From: Alkanindiges illinoisensis DSM 15370
GTDB taxonomy: Bacteria; Pseudomonadota; Gammaproteobacteria; Pseudomonadales; Moraxellaceae
DNA: 32,000 bases
NCBI RefSeq assembly: GCF_000619845.1
Contig: NZ_JHUX01000007.1
Coordinates: forward strand, 90,001-122,000
Direction of reading: 5' to 3'
The notes under the pieces were generated by a model. It worked only from the letters and a program-made list of their open reading frames with translations, ran no database searches and was not told where the DNA came from. Positions 1 through 7,353 of this stretch are shown one piece after another (the first letter of the stretch is position 1; each line of letters starts with the position of its first letter). The position numbers and the translations under genes are program-made.

Positions 1-1
1 T

Positions 2-526
2 CCTATTATTAAATTTAGTCAAAATAATAAAAATGTCTGTTTATCAGGAACAACATTTTCATATAAAGATAATAATATAAATGTTGAGAATGAATGTTAT
101 ACATTTAATTTAAACAATAAAATTTATTTTAAAAAAATGCAAAAGAAAAAAGATATAAAACATGAACAAGGAGCTTTTCCAATTTTGTTTGAAAATAAAA
201 ATTTTTTATGTAATGGAATAAAATGTAAGGAAAGTGTTCTTACTAATGATGAACTAAAAGAAATATCAAATAATAATGTAAATAGTGAGCTTCGGTTTCT
301 TGTAAATGAAAGAGGATTTGATACAACTTATATTAATGCCTCCATTGATAATAGAACTTTATATATTGTTAGATATAGTGAAGGAGATAGTGAGCAAAAT
401 ACTATATATTTATCTTATTTTTTAAAGGGCTTATTTAAAACAAAGTTGTTAGGTGCTGTTAAGTCGTTTAAAGTAGATGGTAGCCAAAATATATATTTTA
501 ATGGAAGTAAAGTTACTTTAAATTAA
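2..526 (+). CDS. Hypothetical protein, 5'-truncated by the window edge (AT-rich, Asn/Lys-rich)
   Basis: Frame 2 is open from nt 2 to the TAA at 524-526. The ORF track only starts it at the internal Met at 137. A 175-codon open frame is very unlikely by chance in DNA this AT-rich. No family recognised. Confidence 0.5.
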   Translation, partial: PIIKFSQNNKNVCLSGTTFSYKDNNINVENECYTFNLNNKIYFKKMQKKKDIKHEQGAFPILFENKNFLCNGIKCKESVLTNDELKEISNNNVNSELRFLVNERGFDTTYINASIDNRTLYIVRYSEGDSEQNTIYLSYFLKGLFKTKLLGAVKSFKVDGSQNIYFNGSKVTLN

Positions 527-1374
527 GTGAAAGTTCTCAGCTTTTAAAGAAGAAACTTTAATTAATATAAATTATTAAAGTGAATTTTTGGTTGATTCTA
601 GAAATGATAATAAAGTATCAAGTAAATCGCAAAAAAATACAATTGATCCATTCAGTGGTTTCTGTACTTGTATTTCTGGGAAAAAAGAAGAGTAGATTAG
701 TATTTGGTTATAATACCACTAAATTAGAATCACAGATAGTCGTCCAAGATGGGGGAATATATTCTAAATGAAGAAGCAAATTAAATTTATAATTTTTACT
801 TATTTAATACAAGTAATGTATTAGATGGGTTCTATAAGGATAGAATTAATAAATTTAATAATTATACTATAGGTTCTTTAAGTCAATATTGTATGGATAA
901 ATTTGTTGAAGATAAAGAAAGTATAAAAATATAATTTCATCCCAAGAAAGTTAATTTAGATACACTAGCCTTTATAAAAGATATAATAGTGAGTATAAAT
1001 ATTTTAATAGTAAGGAATTTTTTGGAACAGATAGTGGTTTTCCTAATAAATATTTTTTCCAGCTTAATTAAATTACAATTAAAAATAAAGATAAAAATTT
1101 GAAATTGGTAAGTCTGATCTAGAGCAATATTTTTTACCGATAGATGGCTTAGAAGGACAAAGAAATAAGCTTGCTAATGTATTTATTTTTATATCGCAGA
1201 ATTAAATTCTAAGATATAAAAGAGAGAAATTTTCCCTCTTTTTCATCTGAATCTCCCTTTTCATTTGCCCATTTTTTGACTAATCTAGTCTCAAAATAAT
1301 CGACATGCATCCATAACGTATCAACTAATAGACGCAGTCGATATAACACAAAAAATTGAGTTGGGGGATAACTC

Positions 1375-2286
1375 ATGTTTTGCAGTGAATGTCGTGCCCA
1401 GAATAATCTGGTGGCGCGCTATTGCGTGGGCTGTGGCAGCGAATTAAAACATTTTCTTATTGATGATGAGCCAGCAATTGTACAGCCATCTATGCCTGCC
1501 TCCTCATTGATGCAGTCTGATATATGCTATAAATCGTTGTCCAGAAAAGAGCAGTATCAGGCAGTCATTGGCAGTAATCAGAATTATTATTTAAAGAAAT
1601 TTCTTGAATTTGATCGGGAAGGCCAGGGGAGGCCAAGCTGGCACTGGCCTGCCTTTTTTGTTACGTTTTACTGGATGCTGTATCGCAAGATGTGGCGTAA
1701 TGCCTTGCTGTATTTTGTATTGCCTTACGTGGCCTTAATTATTGTTGGTATTGCTGCCGGGATTATGGGTAGTGCCGGTGCACCAATTGCCGGGCTGTTA
1801 TATCTGGCACTCATGGTAGGTTTGTGGTTTGTACCACCATTATATGCTGATGCGTTGTACTATAATCACTGTCGGCAGGTCATTGCCAACGCTAGGCAGC
1901 ATACCAGCCATCCGCATCGTTTATACGGCATATTAAGTACCCGAGGCGGCACCAGTAATCTGTTTATCATTATTATTGTTTTTATTTCTTTTGTGGTGAT
2001 GATCGGTGTATTGGCAGCCATCGCGATTCCGGCTTATAACAATTATGCAATGCGTGCCAAAACGACGCAGGCTGCGACACTGGGCCAAAAAGCCACCAGT
2101 GCGGTGGATCATTATTATCAGCGCCATCATCAGTTTCCATCCAGTATGCTGGACACAGACCTGACCCAAACTTTGCCGCAAGCTGTAAAGGCCATTGAGA
2201 TTGATGATCAAACAGGCCAGATTAATGTGGTGTTAACAGGCTCAGGTTCTCGGGAAAGTGCACTTATCTTTAAGCCAGTGGTGTAA
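1375..2286 (+). CDS. Membrane protein fusing an N-terminal zinc ribbon, a DUF2628-like membrane domain and a C-terminal type IV pilin-like domain; apparently truncated by an in-frame TAA
   Basis: SD-like GGGGGA lies upstream of the ATG. CSECRAQNNLVARYCVGCG is a CxxC...CxxC zinc ribbon. YYLKKF...SWHWPAFFVTFYWMLYRKMW is DUF2628-like. IGVLAAIAIPAYNNYAMRAKTTQAA...AVDHYY matches the pilin alpha-1 helix and the following core. Confidence 0.8.
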   Translation: MFCSECRAQNNLVARYCVGCGSELKHFLIDDEPAIVQPSMPASSLMQSDICYKSLSRKEQYQAVIGSNQNYYLKKFLEFDREGQGRPSWHWPAFFVTFYWMLYRKMWRNALLYFVLPYVALIIVGIAAGIMGSAGAPIAGLLYLALMVGLWFVPPLYADALYYNHCRQVIANARQHTSHPHRLYGILSTRGGTSNLFIIIIVFISFVVMIGVLAAIAIPAYNNYAMRAKTTQAATLGQKATSAVDHYYQRHHQFPSSMLDTDLTQTLPQAVKAIEIDDQTGQINVVLTGSGSRESALIFKPVV

Positions 2287-2361
2287 GTAGGCGATACCAT
2301 TGTCTGGGACTGTAGCGGGCAATATATTGCTAAAGTTAATTTGCCACAGCAATGTCAGTAA
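2287..2361 (+). other. In-frame continuation after the TAA at 2284-2286, encoding a pilin C-terminal disulfide loop (VGDTIVWDCSGQYIAKVNLPQQCQ) and ending in tandem stops TAA TGA
   Basis: Direct translation of the same frame. The W-x-C ... LP-x-x-C pattern is the conserved D-region of type IV pilins. A double stop follows at 2359-2364. Confidence 0.7.
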
Positions 2362-2396
2362 TGAGCGATTAAAAGCAGCGGATTTAACGCTTATCT

Positions 2397-2747
2397 TTAA
2401 CCTGCCAATGTCGCGTAACTGGCTGGATCAAAACCTACCAGAATTTGCTCCCTGCTAACCAGCACTGGCCGTTTGATCATGCTGGGGTTGTCCTGTAAAG
2501 CCTGAAGCGTGTGCTGTGGGCTGGATAAAATAGCAGCCTGTTGCTCGGGGTTAAACTTGCGCCAAGTGGTGCCTTTTTTATTAAGTAAGGCATCAAGGCC
2601 GACACGGCTGGCCCAATGTTCAAGCGTGTTTAAATCAATGCCGTGTTTTTTATAATCATGAAATTCATAGCCCAACTGCTGAGTATCTAGCTGCTCAAAG
2701 GCTTTTTTCATGGTGCTGCAATTTTTAATACCGTAAACCGTTAACAT
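2397..2747 (-). CDS. yffB: ArsC/Spx-family protein, YffB-like
   Basis: MLTVYGIKNCSTMKKA...GTTWRK...MIKRPVL...GF closely follows the E. coli YffB pattern (YGIKNCDTIKKA, GTTWRK, IIKRPLL). Confidence 0.85.
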   Translation of the reverse strand: MLTVYGIKNCSTMKKAFEQLDTQQLGYEFHDYKKHGIDLNTLEHWASRVGLDALLNKKGTTWRKFNPEQQAAILSSPQHTLQALQDNPSMIKRPVLVSREQILVGFDPASYATLAG

Positions 2748-2850
2748 GACCTATCCTCAATAAGCAGGCAGCACATCATAGTCAATTGTGCTTGCACAAA
2801 TCCAATGAATATAAAGCTAGACAGTGATTTACGATCTTAAAAGACAGTGA

Positions 2851-3069
2851 TTAATTTCTGGACAGTTTAACCATGCTACAGGACACATATTTCTCCTGCT
2901 GGTTGGGGCCTAAAATATAGCAGGCTTCTTTACCCAGATCGTATTCATAAATGATACTTGAATTTTGTTTATTATTAAAAAAGCCCAGATAGGTAAACGT
3001 GCCAACACAGACTAGTAATAAGACTGTCAACAAGCTATAGAGTATGCGGTGAGATTTATTGGGGAACAT
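2851..3069 (-). CDS. Small hypothetical single-pass membrane protein (72 aa)
   Basis: ORF with one hydrophobic segment (ILYSLLTVLLLVCVGTFTYLGFF). No clear SD and no family recognised. Confidence 0.35.
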   Translation of the reverse strand: MFPNKSHRILYSLLTVLLLVCVGTFTYLGFFNNKQNSSIIYEYDLGKEACYILGPNQQEKYVSCSMVKLSRN

Positions 3070-3144
3070 AGTGGCTTTACTAATTTGTTATGTGGCCATA
3101 AAAAAGGATGATAAAAACTGAAAAGGCAAAAGCACATTCAGACA

Positions 3145-3305
3145 AAATGGAGAAAACCCGCGCCAATATCATCCTGATAGCGCGGGTCTCAAGTCAACGT
3201 CCTGTCTTTGCTTCCATACAGTATTGTAATGTCCTACACTACAAAACCTTTCCATCCTACGGCAGTCCTTCCTTTCTGGTCATCCTGACCGACTTCCCTG
3301 TGCCG
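3145..3305 (-). ncRNA. Csr/Rsm-family CsrA(RsmA)-sequestering sRNA (RsmY/RsmZ/CsrB-like); ends approximate
   Basis: The minus strand has 10 GGA motifs in about 160 nt, three of them as CAGGA(U/C)G. A GGUCAGGAUGACC hairpin lies at 3278-3290. The terminal GC hairpin ACCCGCGC/GCGCGGGU (3156-3187) has AUCAGGAUGAU in its loop and is followed by UUUUCUCCAUUUUG. A -10-like TATTCT sits at 3310-3315, with a GacA box upstream. Confidence 0.75.
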
Positions 3306-3362
3306 TAAGAGAATAATGCGCTTTTATTGTTTGTTTGAAAATAGTAAATTAACGTCATGTTA

Positions 3363-3380
3363 TGTACGCTCAGGCTTACA
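3363..3380 (-). promoter_or_regulatory. GacA/UvrY-type upstream activating palindrome (TGTAAGcctgagCGTACA on the minus strand)
   Basis: Matches 11 of the 12 specified positions of the consensus TGTAAG-N6-CTTACA. It is centred about 70 bp upstream of the inferred sRNA 5' end, as at rsmY/rsmZ/csrB promoters. Confidence 0.65.
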
Positions 3381-3424
3381 AAGCGTGAACACAGTCACAA
3401 AAGAAATAATTACGGAAAACTCAC

Positions 3425-4207
3425 TTAAAGCACATAATCAATCACAACTGGCGCATGGTCACTAAAGCGTTCGTCCCGGTAAATAAAGGCATTGGCGACC
3501 CGGTCGCGCCAGTCCGGGGACACCACATGGTAATCAATGCGCCAGCCCACATTATTGGCCCAGGCCTGCCCCCGATTAGACCACCAGGAGTATTCGTGCG
3601 TATCTGGACGATGAACCCGAAAGGCATCCACATAGCCTAATTCGTCATATAAGGTGTCCAACCAAGCGCGTTCATGTGGCAAGACGCCGGAATTTTTCTG
3701 GTTGCCTTTCCAGTTCTTGATATCAATTTCTTTATGCACAATGTTGTAATCACCGCAAACAATAATGGACTTGCCTTGTTCACGCCATTGCCTGAAATGA
3801 AGCAGCATTTCCTGTAAAAATAAATCTTTGCGCGCTTGTGCGTCATCACCGCTGGAGCCGGATGGCAGATATAGCGATGCCACTACAAAATTTTTGCCTT
3901 CGCTGGTTTGAAACTCCGCAGCCGTAAAACGGCCTTGGGTGTCACAAATATCAAAACCCAAGCCATTATTAATACTGCTAAACGGATGGCGGCTATAAAT
4001 GGCCGTGCCTGAATAACCGGGTTTTTCGGCATGGCACAGGTGCATGTGCCAGCCCGCAGGTTTATGTTCTTCCAGCCACTGGTGCGGTTGCAAGCGGGTC
4101 TCCTGCATGCAAACAATGTCGGCACCTGAATTTTCCAGCCACTGAAAAAACCCCTTGGCCGTGGCCGAGCGTAAACCATTTACATTAATTGACACCACCC
4201 GAAGCAT
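3425..4207 (-). CDS. xthA: Exodeoxyribonuclease III
   Basis: MLRVVSINVNGLRS, CMQETR, GDYN and SDHAPV are EEP-nuclease motifs. The ATG at 4207 has a GGGG SD-like element. The longest ORF extends to 4240 without an SD. Confidence 0.93.
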   Translation of the reverse strand: MLRVVSINVNGLRSATAKGFFQWLENSGADIVCMQETRLQPHQWLEEHKPAGWHMHLCHAEKPGYSGTAIYSRHPFSSINNGLGFDICDTQGRFTAAEFQTSEGKNFVVASLYLPSGSSGDDAQARKDLFLQEMLLHFRQWREQGKSIIVCGDYNIVHKEIDIKNWKGNQKNSGVLPHERAWLDTLYDELGYVDAFRVHRPDTHEYSWWSNRGQAWANNVGWRIDYHVVSPDWRDRVANAFIYRDERFSDHAPVVIDYVL

Positions 4208-4309
4208 TTTTGCCCCAGTGTCTAAATCCTTTGCTATCATGCGCGCTGATTACCTTGTATACCTTAACTTTCGTTGTTAAATAACCAATTAAATAAACAG
4301 GAGCCTGCC

Positions 4310-4960
4310 ATGTCATCTGTTCAGCCTTTTAGTCCTCAAGCATTGATCGAACTGGCATTAAAGCGTGGTGTGCTCAAGTTTGGTGAGTTTACTTTAAAAT
4401 CCGGTCGAATCAGCCCTTATTTTTTTAATGCTGGTTTGCTCAATGATGGCGAAGCATTGTCTCTGCTGGCCAGTGGTTATGCCGACAAGCTGATGAACTG
4501 CGAAAGCGTGAGCGTGATTTTTGGCCCGGCATACAAGGGGATTCCGTTTGTGGCTGCAACCGCATCGGCACTTTGGCAGCAGCATGGCGTGAATGTTCCA
4601 TGGGGCTTTAACCGCAAGGAAGCCAAGGATCATGGTGAAGGTGGGATGCTGGTGGGCGCGGATGTGAAAGGCCAGCGCGTATGGATTATTGATGATGTGA
4701 TTACGGCGGGCACGGCCATTCGTGAAGTGGTGGATATTCTGCAAGCTGCCGGGGCAACGATTGCAGGGGTACTGGTGGCGCTGGATCGTCAGGAAAAGGG
4801 ACAAGGGGAGTTATCGGCCATTCAGGAAGTGGAAAAGCAGCTGAATATTCCGGTACATGCGCTGATTACCATGCAGGATTTGATGGATTATTTAAAGAAA
4901 AATAACCGTAGTGATGATCTGGCTAAAATGCAGGATTATCGGGAGAAATATGGGGTTTAA
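4310..4960 (+). CDS. pyrE: Orotate phosphoribosyltransferase
   Basis: [18 protein letters not shown] plus the PRPP-binding [21 protein letters not shown] lies 7 nt before the ATG at 4310. The track ORF starts at an upstream TTG at 4274. Confidence 0.95.
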   Translation: MSSVQPFSPQALIELALKRGVLKFGEFTLKSGRISPYFFNAGLLNDGEALSLLASGYADKLMNCESVSVIFGPAYKGIPFVAATASALWQQHGVNVPWGFNRKEAKDHGEGGMLVGADVKGQRVWIIDDVITAGTAIREVVDILQAAGATIAGVLVALDRQEKGQGELSAIQEVEKQLNIPVHALITMQDLMDYLKKNNRSDDLAKMQDYREKYGV

Positions 4961-4983
4961 GTTGGTCAAATAATATGCTATTT

Positions 4984-5014
4984 TGTACACACTCAATATA
5001 AATTGGTGTGTACA
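4984..5014. promoter_or_regulatory. 9-bp perfect inverted repeat TGTACACAC-N13-GTGTGTACA at the vapB 5' end (candidate VapBC autoregulatory operator)
   Basis: Arms at 4984-4992 and 5006-5014, read directly from the sequence. Each arm contains a TGTACA palindrome. The repeat overlaps the possible vapB start codons. Confidence 0.4.
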
Positions 5015-5269
5015 GTGACCGAGTATATTACCCGTGTGTTTAAAAATGGCAATAGTCAGGCAGTACGTATTCCTGCTGAATTGCGTCTCAACAGTGACCG
5101 TGTGCAAATCTTTAAAAATGCGCAGGGTGATTTAGTGATTCACCCGATTCAGGCCAGCCGTGGTGCAGCATTCATGCAGGTGCTTCAAGGTTTTGATGAT
5201 GAATTTATCCATTTTATGGAGCAGGAACAGCAAGAGGCTTTACCACTACAAGAGCGTGAAACATTATGA
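5003..5269 (+). CDS. vapB: VapB-type antitoxin (SpoVT/AbrB-like)
   Basis: VFKNGNSQAVRIPAELRL is an AbrB/MazE-fold motif. It overlaps the downstream PIN gene by 4 bp. The start is uncertain (TTG 5003, GTG 5006 or GTG 5015). Confidence 0.85.
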   Translation: MVCTVTEYITRVFKNGNSQAVRIPAELRLNSDRVQIFKNAQGDLVIHPIQASRGAAFMQVLQGFDDEFIHFMEQEQQEALPLQERETL

Positions 5270-5673
5270 GGTTTATGCTCGATACCAATATTATTATTTA
5301 TCTCATTAAAAATAAGCCAGAAAGTGTTGCAGCCAAAGTAGATCAATTAAAACCTAATGATGATTTGGTGATGTCTTTTGTCACTTATGCAGAATTATTA
5401 AAAGGTGCTGAAAATAGCAGCCAAAAAGCGAGAGTACTTCATAACCTTGAAAAGCTCATTGAGCAAATTTCAGTGGTTTATCCCATTAATGCACAGATTT
5501 GCCAGCATTATGCTGTTCAGTTCTTAAGGCTCAAACAATCTGGAACTTTAATTGGTGCTAATGATTTATGGATTGCCTGTCATGCCTTGGCTGAACAAGC
5601 AGTCTTGGTGACTCATAATGTGCGTGAGTTTCAGCGGATTGATGGCTTAGTGATTGAAGACTGGGTAGAGTAA
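5266..5673 (+). CDS. vapC: VapC-type PIN-domain ribonuclease toxin
   Basis: MLDTNIIIY (N-terminal PIN Asp), ANDLWIA and THNVREFQRI. ATGA overlap with vapB. Confidence 0.9.
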   Translation: MRFMLDTNIIIYLIKNKPESVAAKVDQLKPNDDLVMSFVTYAELLKGAENSSQKARVLHNLEKLIEQISVVYPINAQICQHYAVQFLRLKQSGTLIGANDLWIACHALAEQAVLVTHNVREFQRIDGLVIEDWVE

Positions 5674-5757
5674 AACCAATTACAAGAATGATCCTATAAA
5701 AATGCAGTATTATTATGAAAAGTAAGGGGCATAATCATAAACTTTCAAAAGCCAAGT

Positions 5758-5991
5758 GTGTATAACTTTCAGTTATCAAATCAGATACTAGGAAATCTAG
5801 CTGGCGCTGGGTTTCTGGCTATGCTTTTTATAGATATGCTCACTTATTGTAATTTGCCTTATTTATCAGAGTTAGCAGATTGGTATTTCATATCGTTTGC
5901 TATTTGCATAATACCTTTCGGTGTATTTGTTATAACAATTTCTCGCCAAAAAAAGCAACCAGCATCTATACAGAAGAAAATTTTTCTATAA
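5758..5991 (+). CDS. Hypothetical small membrane protein (AT-rich)
   Basis: GTG-start ORF with two hydrophobic segments. It is lower in G+C than its neighbours. No family recognised. Confidence 0.4.
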   Translation: MYNFQLSNQILGNLAGAGFLAMLFIDMLTYCNLPYLSELADWYFISFAICIIPFGVFVITISRQKKQPASIQKKIFL

Positions 5992-5999
5992 GTGAGATA

Positions 6000-6287
6000 A
6001 TGGATAGGCTACCGAACTGGCTAAATTCTCTACTAATTACAGTTATTATTTATGTAGCTTATAATTTCATTAAGTGTTCTAGCTTGTTACAAGGACAGAC
6101 CATTATTGAAGATGGAAATTTTGCCATAAACAATAAGGGCAGTATTACTTATATAAGTCATGCTTACTATATCCAACATCGGCTATATGAACTGCGGTTG
6201 TGGTCAGGCGCTTTATTAGTATTTTATCTTATACCAGCCGTTTATTACCTGTTTTATGCACGACTTAAAAACTTGACACAAGTATGA
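6000..6287 (+). CDS. Hypothetical small membrane protein (AT-rich)
   Basis: The ATG at 6000 (MDRLPNWLNSLLITVIIYVAYNF...) is the plausible start inside track ORF 5880..6287. Two hydrophobic segments. No family recognised. Confidence 0.4.
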   Translation: MDRLPNWLNSLLITVIIYVAYNFIKCSSLLQGQTIIEDGNFAINNKGSITYISHAYYIQHRLYELRLWSGALLVFYLIPAVYYLFYARLKNLTQV

Positions 6288-6399
6288 CGTGAATTTTTCT
6301 TTCGAGGAATCTATTGGCTTATACAACGACAATTTTAAACCAAAAAAAGTACGTCATTCGCTATACTTCCGTATCTTTAAAAATTAGCGATAAAAAACA

Positions 6400-7353
6400 A
6401 TGCGCGTTCTGGTTGTGATGGATCCCATCGAAAATATTAACCTGAAAAAAGACACTACCATTGCCATGCTGTGGGCTGCCAAGCGCCGTGGACATACGAT
6501 TGGTTATGCATTGCAGGATGACCTGTTTATTGATGCAGGCAAAGCCTTTGGCACTATTGCAGCACTGGATGTGTTTGAAGATTATGCCGCGCGGAGCGGC
6601 CAGTATTTTGAACTGGGCGAAAAACAGCGCGAATCACTGGCGAGCTATGATGTGATCCTGATGCGCAAAGACCCGCCATTCGATCTGCGCTTTATCTATA
6701 CCACCTATATTTTAGAGCAGGCCGAACGTGAAGGCGCGTGGATTATTAACAAGCCGCAATCCCTGCGTGACTGCAATGAAAAACTGTTTGCCACCCAGTT
6801 TAGTGAGTTACAGGTATCCACACTGGTGACCTCGCAACAAAGCCTGATCCGTGAGTTTCTGGCACAGCATCAGGATATTATTGTCAAGCCTCTGGATGGC
6901 ATGGGTGGCACCGGGATTTTCCGCCTGACCGTCGGCAGTCCTAATGTGGGTTCAACGCTGGAAATGCTGACTATTTTGGGCACACAGCCGATTATGGCGC
7001 AGCGCTATATTCCTGAAATTGTAGATGGTGACAAGCGCATTTTAATGATTAATGGCGAGCCAGTGCCGTACTGCCTGGCGCGTATCCCGCAGGCTGGGGA
7101 AACCCGTGGTAATCTGGCCGCAGGTGGTCGTGGCGAAGCGCGGCCATTAACCGAAAAAGATAAAGCCATTGCCGCCAAAATTGGTCCTGTGTTACGGGAA
7201 AAAGGTCTGGTTTTTGTCGGGCTGGATGTGATTGGCGAGTACGTAACTGAAATTAATGTGACCAGCCCAACCTGTGTGCGTGAAATTGATGCACAGTTTG
7301 GCACCTCCATTGCCGATGACCTGTTTGCTGTGCTGGAACAGGGACGTGGCTGA
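6400..7353 (+). CDS. gshB: Glutathione synthetase (ATP-grasp)
   Basis: MRVLVVMDPIENINLKKDTT, KPLDGMGG and EINVTSPTC are typical prokaryotic GshB motifs. Confidence 0.95.
   Translation: MRVLVVMDPIENINLKKDTTIAMLWAAKRRGHTIGYALQDDLFIDAGKAFGTIAALDVFEDYAARSGQYFELGEKQRESLASYDVILMRKDPPFDLRFIYTTYILEQAEREGAWIINKPQSLRDCNEKLFATQFSELQVSTLVTSQQSLIREFLAQHQDIIVKPLDGMGGTGIFRLTVGSPNVGSTLEMLTILGTQPIMAQRYIPEIVDGDKRILMINGEPVPYCLARIPQAGETRGNLAAGGRGEARPLTEKDKAIAAKIGPVLREKGLVFVGLDVIGEYVTEINVTSPTCVREIDAQFGTSIADDLFAVLEQGRG

Noticed and set aside
580-771. 63-aa GTG-start ORF in the AT-rich block
   Set aside because: There is no RBS and no family. It may be another decayed fragment rather than a live gene, so it is not reported as a CDS.
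1933-2211. 92-aa antisense ORF inside the pilin-fusion gene
   Set aside because: It lies opposite the region with a clear pilin signature and has no independent support.
3108-3308. 66-aa plus-strand ORF from the track
   Set aside because: It has no SD and an implausible composition. It lies exactly antisense to the GGA-rich sRNA with its own promoter and terminator, so I treat it as a by-product of that RNA gene.
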